Positions 52,901-61,689 of a stretch of 64,000 bases of DNA are shown here, one piece after another. The notes under the pieces were generated by a model. The model saw only the letters and a program-made list of their open reading frames with translations. It was not told where the DNA came from and searched no databases. The position numbers and the translations under genes are program-made. Within the stretch, counting starts at the first letter, position 1. Each line of letters begins with the position of its first letter. This DNA is from Candidatus Hydrogenedentota bacterium. Its GTDB lineage: Bacteria; Hydrogenedentota; Hydrogenedentia; Hydrogenedentales; SLHB01. The stretch covers positions 64,001 to 128,000 of the forward strand of contig CAXXYE010000011.1 of NCBI GenBank assembly GCA_963674865.2. The letters are read 5' to 3'.

Positions 52901-53416
52901 ATCTCCGGTCCCTGGAAAGTCAGCTTTCCCGAGGGCCTGGGTGCGCCCAAGTCGGCCACCTTTGACAAGCTCATCTCCTGGACCGACTCAAAGGTCGACG
53001 GCATCAAGTATTTCTCCGGCATGGCCATCTACGAAAAGGAATTCGACGCACCGGCGCAACTGTTGACCGACGACAGCCGGCTCTTTCTCGACCTCGGTCA
53101 AGTGGGAAAAGTAGCCGAGGTAAACCTCAACGGCCAACCGCTCGGCATCGTCTGGAAACCGCCCCACCGGGTGGACATTACGGACGCCGTACGGACCGGC
53201 CAGAACCGCCTGGTAATCGAAGTCGCCAACACCTGGTCGAACCGCCTTGTCGGCGACGCCAACTCGCCCGACGCCAAGCCGTTCTGCTCGACGAACATGA
53301 AGAAATCCCTAACCTGGAAAGTATCCTGGAAGGACACGCCGCTGCTGCAATCGGGCCTCATCGGGCCGGTGCGGTTGATCTCGGCAAGAGAGGTATCGGT
53401 TGAACTGCCGCCGTAG
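49991..53416 (+). CDS. GH106 alpha-L-rhamnosidase-like protein with inserted discoidin-like domain
   Basis: 'FADPPPAARP...W.WLNG', 'SWNCGGSWV.P', 'SYE', 'MEAFT', 'GYDYD', C-terminal GH2-like beta sandwich. Confidence 0.85.
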   Translation: MNGHLLRHCVFTLLAFAWTATETPIVADDLADGFADPPPAARPAAYWAWLNGSVDRAQLTRELEEMKAKGVSKYYIFECGAKDPDGVIPAGPAFMGKESLEDIGHAIREAGRLGMELGFTTSSSWNCGGSWVEPKHASMGLFQAEVKVEGGKRFSDVLPFPKTPAKAPKRPDGLPKFYKDVAVLAVPDSDRVPGYEFVLELAPPGPHTIERVVLYNTQTDKPDRLGPMQRFAKDFSVSVSATTPDHESSTEVLRATLKPTTAAQEFKFQPVEARHVKLTILSGHNPKDGRIELAEFEAYDPAGKNVALKYFTDGSGSDATLLRFTSEASKSGDWSAGNIHDGAKSSPDGSWRSGPPPAVIENIGSVVNLTDRMDEDGRLTWDVPPGKWTVMRFVCTNTGQGLAVPSPNSHGLAIDHFSADATRMHFQYLIDKLQGEVGPLKDTALSTMYVCSYELRGAVWTPDFIQQFQQRRGYDMTPYLPCLFGSTLQDRQIAGRFDYDYRKTQGDLLVDAFYKTARDMSNKYGLQLCAEAGGPGPPTHNVPVDALKAQGVMDIPRGEFWTDLHLWVVKETACAAHVYGKQFVDMEAFTSWRHWQDGPFDLKPCADRAICDGTNHFTFHTSPHVPPAAGMPGWVYHAGTHMGPSLAWWPKAGAFLDYLARCSYLLQQGLFVGDVCYYYGDQAYNFVPPKHDEPSLGPGYDYDVANAEVILTRMAVKDGRIVLPDGMSYELLVLPNRPDMDLDVLRKLEQLVRAGATIVGPKPIRSNGLDDFRTRDAAVKELADKLWGPCNGTTVTSYDHGRGHVIWGRTLGQIFEARGIGPDFQFHAADETELDFIHRRVGESHVYFVSNQTPRWANADCEFRVRGRAPELWLPETGEIRPLVVYRDAPQGTVVPLRLPPSGSVFVVFRRQAREPYVVLVGGRPDVCQVSRGGQNTAKLLAFEGGTYTLKTDQGKKIRAEVKAVPAERQISGPWKVSFPEGLGAPKSATFDKLISWTDSKVDGIKYFSGMAIYEKEFDAPAQLLTDDSRLFLDLGQVGKVAEVNLNGQPLGIVWKPPHRVDITDAVRTGQNRLVIEVANTWSNRLVGDANSPDAKPFCSTNMKKSLTWKVSWKDTPLLQSGLIGPVRLISAREVSVELPP

Positions 53417-53577
53417 CCCTCCACCGTGATCCTGAAGCCCCCCTTTGGTCAGTAATCCGAATCACGGTTCCCTACATGAACGCCTGGCGGCTGGTCTCTT
53501 ATCTGATATGCTATTTGGAGTTGGATGCATGACCGCACTCAACCCAGAAATTGCTGGATTCCGAAAGCGGTGAAGCC

Positions 53578-53820
53578 ATGGACTACGATGCTGATAAGAT
53601 CGACGAAGCGGTTCTCGCGCTGCTTATTCTCACGGTTCATCAAGAAGACAAATACGGGGCACGTGCGTGGAAGGGACACGATTGGGAAACGCTCAATCGA
53701 TTGCACGAAAAGGGATTCATATCCGATCCCGTCTCCAAGGCGAAGTCGGTCGTGGTCTCGCCGGAAGGCTTGGCGGCCGGCCGTGAATTGTTCGCAAAGC
53801 TATTCTCAAGAGACACATGA
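53578..53820 (+). CDS. Small winged-helix-like protein (DUF6429-like)
   Basis: 'KIDEAVLALL.L...RAWKGHDW..L.RLHEKG.ISDP..KAKSV...PEG'. Confidence 0.75.
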   Translation: MDYDADKIDEAVLALLILTVHQEDKYGARAWKGHDWETLNRLHEKGFISDPVSKAKSVVVSPEGLAAGRELFAKLFSRDT

Positions 53821-53839
53821 TAGCGGCAAGAGCCCCTGA

Positions 53840-54145
53840 AAAGATGCCCACAACCGGACCGACATCTGCCTCGCCCCGCCCGAGGTCGAGCAGCCGCACG
53901 TCGATCCGGCATCGCTCCCCGGCGCAACGCCCGCCGGTTCGGCCGGCCTGTCATTCAGGACCTGGACCGACGATGGCGGCACCTTCACCATCCAAGCCAA
54001 GTACGCCGGCATGGCGGGGGAGAGTGTCCGCCTGCTGCGCGAAGACGAAAAGGAACTCAAGGCCCCCCTGGCACGGCTTTGCGAAGCGGATCGAAAACAC
54101 GTCGAAGAACTGCAGGCCGCCAAGCCGACAAACCCGTTCGAGTAA
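53840..54145 (+). pseudogene. SHD1 (SLA1 homology domain 1) fragment without an in-frame start upstream of the domain
   Basis: A frame not in the ORF track reads ...FRTWTDDGGTFTIQAKYAGMAGESVRLLREDEKELKAPLARLCEADRKHVEELQAAKPTNPFE*. An in-frame TGA sits upstream at 53837. Confidence 0.65.
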
Positions 54146-54169
54146 CAACCAGGGTACTCCGCAGAACCT

Positions 54170-54285
54170 TGTTCCCACGCTTCGCGTGGGAACAGATCGC
54201 TTCGAGGACCCGCTTGGCAACGTGGGGCACGTTTCCAACGTGCCCGTAGTCCGTGGTAGATTTGGCACGATACAATCGTGCCCCA
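54170..54285. repeat. Cluster of REP-like palindromes (families E and F)
   Basis: TGTTCCCACGCTTCGCGTGGGAACA (54170-54194); GGGGCACGTTTCCAACGTGCCC...GGCACGATACAATCGTGCCCC (54224-54284). Confidence 0.7.
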
Positions 54286-54389
54286 AGCGTCCCCCAACCG
54301 GCCCTGACATCCGGCAGTTATGCTGCCGCGCCTCCCGGCAGGCACCATCGGCTTTGCCTGTGCTGGCCGCCAATCGTGGAGATGCCGTA

Positions 54390-55097
54390 ATGTTGGACGA
54401 TCCGCAACCCGTTCTGGAGTACATGAAGCTAGTCGCCGAGGATCCGTTGGCGCACGCGTTGGTTCTGGAGGAAGCGGAGGGGAAGCTTCTGGCTTTGGGT
54501 CCTGTTGCCATTTTCGCAGGAACCGAGCGGCCTTATCTGTGGTGCTGCGGATGCTCGCTGCAGTTGGAGCGCAAGGTCACCAACACTGTCAATAGTTGTA
54601 CGGGTGTAATGCTCTGCGAAGACTCTCCACCCCCGGGTTGCCAGACATGCGGAGGTCCTCCACCCCCGAAGTACCGGTCATCCGTTGACACGTTCTCGAA
54701 GAACGCCAAGCGGTTCATTGATCTCATCCAGGCCGTTCTTGACTCTCCACTTTCCCCCGGCGGTGAGGCGGGTGACCTATCGATTTTGGAACATACCAAA
54801 CATATTGCCAGTCGCCCGGCAATGTATGGAGTGTTTCCACAGGACTGCGAGGGTCAGCTTGTCGGCCTTGCCATGGCTCTGATTGCGATGGAGACCGAAC
54901 GCTCACTTGACGAAGCGGCCAGCGTTGTGGCGGATTTGATTGCCGAAGTTGCGAAGGACACTCGCCAACCGGACACGCAGGTACCGATGTTGTGTGAAGA
55001 CCCCACAGTGGCGCGTAGCCGCTCAGCCTTCGCAAGCTTTTCAAAGAATGCCGAGAGATTCGTTGCGCGGCTGGAGGCTTTTTTGGAGTCGTCATAG
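54390..55097 (+). CDS. Hypothetical protein, tandem paralog 1
   Basis: SD ggag and ATG aligned with paralog 2; the 5' extension of ORF 53817 looks spurious. Confidence 0.7.
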   Translation: MLDDPQPVLEYMKLVAEDPLAHALVLEEAEGKLLALGPVAIFAGTERPYLWCCGCSLQLERKVTNTVNSCTGVMLCEDSPPPGCQTCGGPPPPKYRSSVDTFSKNAKRFIDLIQAVLDSPLSPGGEAGDLSILEHTKHIASRPAMYGVFPQDCEGQLVGLAMALIAMETERSLDEAASVVADLIAEVAKDTRQPDTQVPMLCEDPTVARSRSAFASFSKNAERFVARLEAFLESS

Positions 55098-55158
55098 TTG
55101 AAGGCGAGAAAAGGGCGGGCGATATCCGCTTCAGACCGCCAATCCTGGAGATGCCGTA

Positions 55159-55884
55159 ATGTTGGACGATCCGCAACCCGTGCTGGAGTACATGAAGCGA
55201 ATCGCCGACAACCCATTAGGGTATGCGTCGCTTCTGGAGGAAGCAGAGGGGAAGTTTCTGGTTTTAGGGTGGGCAGCCCTTCTCGCGGGAACTCAGCAGT
55301 CTTCCAGGTGGTGCGGCCGAACTTCGCAGCAGTTGCAGCGGGAGGTTACCAACACTCTCGATCGTTGTGTGCTTTCAATGCTCTGCCAAGATTCTCCCTC
55401 CTCTTGCCCGACATGCGGAGGCCCTCCGCGACCGAAGATCCGGAGATCCGTTGGCTCGTTCTCGAAGAACGCCAAGCGGTACATTGATCGCATCGAGACC
55501 GTTCTTGACACTCCACTTTCCCCCGAGGAAGAGGAAAAGGAAGACGCCCCATCCTTATTGGTGGAGTGTATTGAAGAAATCGCCACACACCCCTTTCGCT
55601 ATGCGGGTCATGTGCAGGACTGCGAGGGTCAGTTGGCCGGGCTGGCCATGCTTCTGATTGCCGCGGAGATCCGACTCTCGCTTGACGAAGCGGCCGGCGT
55701 CGTGGCGGATTTGATTGCCGAAGTCACTAAAGACACGCCCCAACCCCCGTCGCAGGTCCCGCTGTTATGTGAAGACCCCATATTGGCGCCAAGCTGGCCA
55801 GCCCGCCGTTTGGCCTCCAAGACATTTTCCAAGAATGCCGAACGGTTCGTTGCGCGGTTGAAGGTTTTTTTGGAGTCGTCGTAG
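55159..55884 (+). CDS. Hypothetical protein, tandem paralog 2
   Basis: Collinear with paralog 1 ('MLDDPQPVLEYMK...FSKNAERFVARL..FLESS'). Confidence 0.75.
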   Translation: MLDDPQPVLEYMKRIADNPLGYASLLEEAEGKFLVLGWAALLAGTQQSSRWCGRTSQQLQREVTNTLDRCVLSMLCQDSPSSCPTCGGPPRPKIRRSVGSFSKNAKRYIDRIETVLDTPLSPEEEEKEDAPSLLVECIEEIATHPFRYAGHVQDCEGQLAGLAMLLIAAEIRLSLDEAAGVVADLIAEVTKDTPQPPSQVPLLCEDPILAPSWPARRLASKTFSKNAERFVARLKVFLESS

Positions 55885-55893
55885 GCGCGGCTG

Positions 55894-55937
55894 GTACCGT
55901 CGATTTTGCGACAGAGATCTCGCGAAATCGACGGTGC
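55894..55937. terminator. Hairpin between convergent genes
   Basis: GTACCGTCGATTTTGCGA...TCGCGAAATCGACGGTGC stem. Confidence 0.55.
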
Positions 55938-55957
55938 TACCCGGTGATTCCGCATCC

Positions 55958-56923
55958 TCACCGCGAGTAAGAATCCGCCGTCACCGGTCCCAGGACCGAC
56001 GACACATCGTCGTTGAGAACCCCCGTATCCAACTCGTCCAGCACGATCACCCCGTCGATCGAACCGGCCCGTTCCGGGTCGTGCCACGTCCAGACGACTT
56101 TGCCTTGCGGATCGAACTCGAGAATTTGCACGCCCTTGGTACTGTCCTTGGGGTCATGGCCCGACCAATTCGAGGTGACGAGGTTACCGTTCTTCAAGAT
56201 CTGAAACCCGGCGAATAGGTGCAGTCCCAGGTCTTTGCCCTGGTCCGACTGCGGGAGGCCGATCGTCTTTACCACTCTGCCGTCGGCGTCCAACTCGAAC
56301 ATTCTTGGGACGTAGCCGCCGGATACCAACAGGTGACCGCTGGGTAGGCGGACCGTCTGATAGGCCCAAACCTTCCCCTGCCCTTCGATCGTGTGCCGCT
56401 TGAGAATATTGCCGTCCAGATCGCCCTCGAAGACTTGGTTGGCATTGCCGAACAAAACCGTCTCTTGGGGAGTCATGCGGACCACGCGCGTTTGGGGCAC
56501 GTCAAAGTTCGACTTGCGGAGCACCTTGCCGTCGGCGGCCAACTCGACCAGAATCACCCCTGGTGGGTTAGTCTCGTTGCGGACCAAAATCGTCCGGCCG
56601 TCCGGCAATCGCCGGGCCGAGACCGTGCCCGGGTAGCCCGTGACTTCCTTGACCATCCGCCGGTCGGCCAGATCGTATTCGTGAAAACCCTCCAGCGAAC
56701 TCAAGAGCAAGATATTGTCGCCCACAAGCTGAATGTCGCGGTGCTTGATCGGCAGTTTCAGCGTCCAATCCTTGGACGAGTCGGACTGGTCGACGTAAAC
56801 CAGTTGATGGCGCGATTCATCCACGGCCAGAAACCGATGTTTCACCTCCGCGGCCTTCGAGAAATTCTGCGTCGCACAGATTGCCAACACGGCCAGCACG
56901 ATCGTCACTTGCTTTCTGTTCAT
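55958..56923 (-). CDS. Exported beta-propeller protein (PQQ/arylsulfotransferase-like repeats)
   Basis: Signal peptide; repeats 'RLP.G..LV', 'E.D.DG.VVW', 'LKNGNLVTSNW.GH'. Confidence 0.7.
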   Translation of the reverse strand: MNRKQVTIVLAVLAICATQNFSKAAEVKHRFLAVDESRHQLVYVDQSDSSKDWTLKLPIKHRDIQLVGDNILLLSSLEGFHEYDLADRRMVKEVTGYPGTVSARRLPDGRTILVRNETNPPGVILVELAADGKVLRKSNFDVPQTRVVRMTPQETVLFGNANQVFEGDLDGNILKRHTIEGQGKVWAYQTVRLPSGHLLVSGGYVPRMFELDADGRVVKTIGLPQSDQGKDLGLHLFAGFQILKNGNLVTSNWSGHDPKDSTKGVQILEFDPQGKVVWTWHDPERAGSIDGVIVLDELDTGVLNDDVSSVLGPVTADSYSR

Positions 56924-57153
56924 TTCGGACTCCCTGATTGCAGTCTGAGGACGTACATCATAACCCGGTGCCGCACATTATACACCAAACGAAATCCGTC
57001 TGTCGTCGATTTGCCACTCATATTCACCAGGCTCCGCTGTCTTGACGGTGCAGCAAACGGCGATTAGATTCAAGCCCGGCGAGGGGCACAAGTTGATTGC
57101 CGCCATTTCGCACGGTAGTGGCCCAGCAGCCATCCAACCATCGGAGAGCACGC

Positions 57154-59859
57154 ATGCCGTTTCAAGTAATTCGATTCCTGCCACACCTGGTAGCTGCTGC
57201 CGTGACCCTCGCGGCGACCGCGGCCGGCGGCCAAGATGCGTCGGACAAGGCCCGGCAACCGAATCTCGTTTTCGTAATGAGCGACCAGCACTCCTGGGAC
57301 ATGCTGGGGTGTTACGGCAACCAGGATATCATTACCCCAAACTTCGACCGTCTGGCCGGCCAGGGCGTCCGCTTCGACCACTGCGTTTCGAACTCGCCGG
57401 TCTGCACGCCCTATCGCGGGATTCTGATGAGCGGCCAACATCCGCTCTATTGCGGCTCGATGCAGAACGACCTGCAGATCCTGCCCGGCGAAGGCAACTA
57501 TCTGGGCGAGGTCCTCCGCGATGCGGGCTATCGGATGGGATACTACGGCAAGTGGCACCTCTACGGCGGCGACCGAGTTCGACCCGTCCCGCCGGGACCC
57601 TTCCGTTACGGTTTCGATCACGAATTTCTCACCAACAACTGCACGCTTCGCTTCGACGCCGAGAACGCCTACTACTGGGACCAAGAAGGCGAGCGACAGC
57701 TCTACGGCGATTGGGAGCCGTACGCCCAAACACGACAAGCGATCGATTTCGTCGACAAACATGCCGAACGGCCGTTCGCCCTCTTCCTTTCCTGGCACCC
57801 GCCGCACAACTGGGGCCGAGATCACGAGGGCTATCTGGCTCCGGAAGACTGCCTGGCGCTCTACGATCCGGCCAAACTGCACTTGCGTCCAAACGTGCAG
57901 GATACGCCCGAGATTCGCCGCAAGTACCAAGGCCACATGGCGATGATCAGCAGTCTCGACCGGGCGTTCGGCCAGCTAATGAAGAAGCTCGACGAGAAGC
58001 GGCTGGTCGACGATACGCTGGTTATCTTCACCGCCGACCATGGCGACATGCTGATGTCGTACGGCTGGCCCAACCATAAGGGCCGCGCCGAACACGGTTC
58101 CTGCCGCGTGCCGCTGCTGGTTCGCTTTCCCGGACGGATCGAGCCTCGCACCAGCGACCTGCTGATCGGCACACTTGACTTGATGCCCACGATTCTCGGA
58201 CTCCTCGGTATATCGGCGCCCAAGACTTGCCAGGGCCAAAATCTGGCCGATGCAATCCGCGAGCAGCGCGACGACGCGGTCCAATCGCAACCGCTGTTTC
58301 TACTTGCGGGCGAGTGGCGAGGTGTCTACACACGGCAACACACATATTCCTTCTCGGTTAATCCCGACTCGTCCCACGGCAAGTTGCGATCCGACAACCT
58401 CCTCTTCGATCGCCAAGAAGACCCCTGGGAGATGAAGAACCTGTTCGACTCGGCCCAGCACGAAGAAATCCGCCGGCAATTGCACGCACAGACTCTCGAT
58501 TGGATGGCCAAATTCGGCGACAAGGGCTTGCGGTTCCAGACCCTGCTGGATTGCGCCGTCCGCGAGCAGGATTGGCCCGCCGTGACCTCTCCCCCTCGAT
58601 ATCGTCCCCAAGGTTGGCAAGGCCGGCTAAAGGGACGGCCGGTCGATCTTCAGCCGCCGAAGAGAGAGGACGTACGTCGCGAGTTGCTGGATGGCCTGGA
58701 GGTGAAGCCGGCCGAGATCGTGGTCGTCAAGGCCGAGCTAACCAAGCTCTCGGCCAAGCCACCCCGAGTCTGGGCCGAAGGGACGAAGCTCCGGCGTTTG
58801 CGGCCACTGGGGCCCGACGCCGGTGTGCCCGCCCCCGATGCGGTAGATTCCCAGAGCATCATCGTGCGACACCAGGGTCGCGAATTGAAACGGGACGTCG
58901 ATTTCCTGGCGGACCCGGCCTACGGAACCCTGGGACTGACGCCCCAATCGAGCGTCACCGCCCAGGACGACGTCGAGGTCGATTATCGCTTTTCGCTCCG
59001 CCGGATCGATTCGATCGTGTCGACCGCCGACGGCCGCCGCGTGCTCCGCGAGGGCACGTCCGACCTGACCACGCCCGTGCCACCGTCTTTGGAAGAGGGC
59101 GAGAAACGTCTGGCCAACGTGTTCGTCGACTACTTCAACGACGGCAACGCCCCGGAGGTCTTTCCCATCGAAAAAAACGCCGCTGATGCGGCCACCTTCA
59201 CCACGCCTGGGCGGATTCCCCGTACGTTGGCCAAGATCCGCCAGGGCAAGCCGGTCAAGATCGTCTGCTGGGGAGACAGCGTCACCGTCGGCGGCGATGC
59301 CAGTTCGCCCCAGACCCGATACCCGGCCGTTCTCCAGACCCGGCTGAAGGCGAAATTCGCTTCGGCCGACGTGACCGTGCAAACCGTGGCCGTGGGCGGA
59401 TCGAATTCCCAACAGTGGCTCTACCCCGACCGCTTCCCCGGACGGGCTCCCAATCAGACCGTCTGGCAGCGGGTCGTCGACGCCAAGCCCGACCTGGTGA
59501 CCATCGAGTTCGTCAACGACGGGGGCATGACCCCGCAGCAGGTCGATCTGGTCTACGCCGACATTCTCAAGCGGCTCAAGACAATCGGTGCCGAGGTGAT
59601 CCTGATCACTCCCCATTTCACCAGGCCGGCACAGATGCGGATGCAATCGCTCCGCCAGCCGGATCGCCGGCCCTATGTGCTCGCGTTGCGCGGGTTCGCC
59701 GAGCGCCGCCATCTTGCCCTGGCCGATGCGTCCTCGCGTTGGGGACATCTCTGGCGAGAGGGCATCCCGTACGTGACGCTCCTCCGCAACGGAATCAACC
59801 ATCCCGACGATCGAGGCCACGCCCTCTTCGCCGATGAACTGATCAAGTGCTTTGAATAG
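57154..59859 (+). CDS. Sulfatase fused to a C-terminal SGNH hydrolase
   Basis: 'NLVFVMSDQ', 'CTPYR', 'GKWHL', 'ADHG', then 'CWGDSVT', 'EFVND', 'NHP...GH'. Single intact ORF. Confidence 0.85.
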   Translation: MPFQVIRFLPHLVAAAVTLAATAAGGQDASDKARQPNLVFVMSDQHSWDMLGCYGNQDIITPNFDRLAGQGVRFDHCVSNSPVCTPYRGILMSGQHPLYCGSMQNDLQILPGEGNYLGEVLRDAGYRMGYYGKWHLYGGDRVRPVPPGPFRYGFDHEFLTNNCTLRFDAENAYYWDQEGERQLYGDWEPYAQTRQAIDFVDKHAERPFALFLSWHPPHNWGRDHEGYLAPEDCLALYDPAKLHLRPNVQDTPEIRRKYQGHMAMISSLDRAFGQLMKKLDEKRLVDDTLVIFTADHGDMLMSYGWPNHKGRAEHGSCRVPLLVRFPGRIEPRTSDLLIGTLDLMPTILGLLGISAPKTCQGQNLADAIREQRDDAVQSQPLFLLAGEWRGVYTRQHTYSFSVNPDSSHGKLRSDNLLFDRQEDPWEMKNLFDSAQHEEIRRQLHAQTLDWMAKFGDKGLRFQTLLDCAVREQDWPAVTSPPRYRPQGWQGRLKGRPVDLQPPKREDVRRELLDGLEVKPAEIVVVKAELTKLSAKPPRVWAEGTKLRRLRPLGPDAGVPAPDAVDSQSIIVRHQGRELKRDVDFLADPAYGTLGLTPQSSVTAQDDVEVDYRFSLRRIDSIVSTADGRRVLREGTSDLTTPVPPSLEEGEKRLANVFVDYFNDGNAPEVFPIEKNAADAATFTTPGRIPRTLAKIRQGKPVKIVCWGDSVTVGGDASSPQTRYPAVLQTRLKAKFASADVTVQTVAVGGSNSQQWLYPDRFPGRAPNQTVWQRVVDAKPDLVTIEFVNDGGMTPQQVDLVYADILKRLKTIGAEVILITPHFTRPAQMRMQSLRQPDRRPYVLALRGFAERRHLALADASSRWGHLWREGIPYVTLLRNGINHPDDRGHALFADELIKCFE

Positions 59860-60245
59860 CCAAAAAACAGAGTTCGTTCTACGTCCACCACAACAGCCGA
59901 CGTAGTTTCGCCAGGTGATTCAGACGCAGTGCGGCCTGTCTCGTAACGGACCACACGGCGGTATGTCCGGCCGATCTCGATTGAGTTTGGCAAACCAGTC
60001 TGCCGGCGTTCCAATTGGCCTGACGGTCACGTATCACACATCGCTGGCGAGCTTGGCCACCGCGGCTGCAAACGATGCACGTTGATCGGCTCCCTTCACT
60101 TTGAGGTGCAGAAGGGGAGAATGGACAAGAGGAGAATTGGGAAGAGGTCCGGATTGCACGGCCGACCGACATGCCGGTTTTCCCTTTCCCCTCGTCTCCG
60201 GTGCCCCCTGTAAACCTTTCGTCTCCTTTCAGCGGAGAGTGCAAC

Positions 60246-61663
60246 ATGAAAAGCCTGCTCTTCTTGGTCATGATTTGTGCAGCCCTGCTCTCAATCGGCA
60301 CAACTGCATCGGCGGACGGTTATTCACCTCGGGTGGGAAGCCCACATCCCGACTTCACCCTGCCCGACATAGACACCAGGGAACCGGTCTCGCTTTCACA
60401 ATTTCGCGGTAAGAAAGTGCTCTTAATTCACTTCGCCTCCTGGTGAGCTGGCTGCCGACGGCACGTGCCGGTCTGGCACGAAAAGACTCGCGAGTTGGTC
60501 CGCCAAGGCAAGCTGGTCTTGCTCGCTGTTATCCAGGAACAGCATCCCCAGCGCTGCCGACTCTTTGCCCAATGGCAGAAGTTTGATTGGCCCATCCTCC
60601 ACGATCCGATCAACCTGCTGGGGCTGGGAGGCGTGCCGGTCATTCTGGCCCTCGACGAAGATGGCATCGTGCGAAGCATCCGGCCCAAGATGGACACCTT
60701 CGAGGCCGACTTCATCGACCGGTCGTTCCCCTCGCCGGAATCCGCACCCCAAGCGGTGGTCAAACCGACCGTGCCCGATCTCTCCAAACTGCAAGAGCGA
60801 GCCAGACAGGCCGGTTCCGCCGAAGGCTGGCGAGAATTGGCCGACGCGCTGGTGCTCTGGGGCGGAGTCGATCGGATCAACCAGGCCCTGGCCGCATACA
60901 CCAAGGCGGCCCAACTTGCCCCCAACGACGGCGATACGCAATTCCGCCTCGGCGTAGCCTATCGGATGCGCTTCGAATCGCCCGACCGCCGGGCGAACGA
61001 TTTTCAGGCCGCGGTAGACCATTGGACCGCAGCCCGGGCCGTCGACCCGAACCAGTACATCTGGCGGCGCCGCATCGAGCAATACGGCCCCCGGTTAACC
61101 AAGCCCTACTCCTTCTACGACTGGGTCAACACCGCCAAGGCCGAAATCACCGCGCGAGGCGAAACGCCGATAGCACTCGCCGTGGAGCCGTCGGGAGCCG
61201 AGTTCGCCTATCCGGAAGAGGATTTTGCCGAGGACGATTCCCCCGCCCAATCGCCCGACCCCAAAGGCCGCATTCTTCGCGACATCCAGGGCCTGATGAA
61301 GACCGAGGTGGCGGTAGTTCCGCACCGCGGATTAAGCCCGGCAGATCGGCCCGGGTACACGTCACCATGCGACCCAACGAAGAACTCAAGGCCCATTGGA
61401 ACAACGAGTCCCGGCCGCTGGTGCTCTGGGTCGACGCGCCCCAAGGATGGCAAGTAGGGAAGCGACTGATCGCGGCCCCGCAAGGCAAAGAACCGGAAAC
61501 CGACGAGCCGCGGCACTTGGAGTTCGAGGTCCGCGCGCCGGCCGATTTTCACGGAACCGCGAAACTGCAAGCCTATGCGTTATATTACGCTTGCGAAGAC
61601 GTGGGCGGAAGTTGCCGGTTCGTCCGCCAGGATATTTCGGTCGACGTCCCCGTCGGCGATTGA
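60246..61663 (+). CDS. Predicted exported selenoprotein: redoxin/TlpA-like (WUAGC) + TPR + C-terminal DsbD-alpha-like domain; UGA at 60444, frameshift near 61323
   Basis: ORFs 60171..60446 and 60465..61457 are in the same frame and separated only by a TGA. Read-through gives 'PDFTLPD...SLSQFRGKKVLLIHFASW-U-AGCRRHVPVW'. Confidence 0.8.
60453..60478 (+). promoter_or_regulatory. Candidate bacterial SECIS hairpin
   Basis: UGCC-GA-CGGC-(ACGU)-GCCG-g-UC-u-GGCA. The G-containing loop lies 17-20 nt downstream of the UGA. Confidence 0.5.
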
Positions 61664-61689
61664 GATCGTTTCGCACGATGCCCAATCGT

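Noticed and set aside
53817..54389. N-terminal 191 aa of the 426 aa ORF
   Set aside because: It runs through REP palindromes and overlaps the SHD1 frame; the paralog alignment and SD place the true start at 54390.
61300..61340. Programmed ribosomal frameshift in the selenoprotein gene
   Set aside because: No slippery heptamer; it looks like the other sporadic indel errors in the window.
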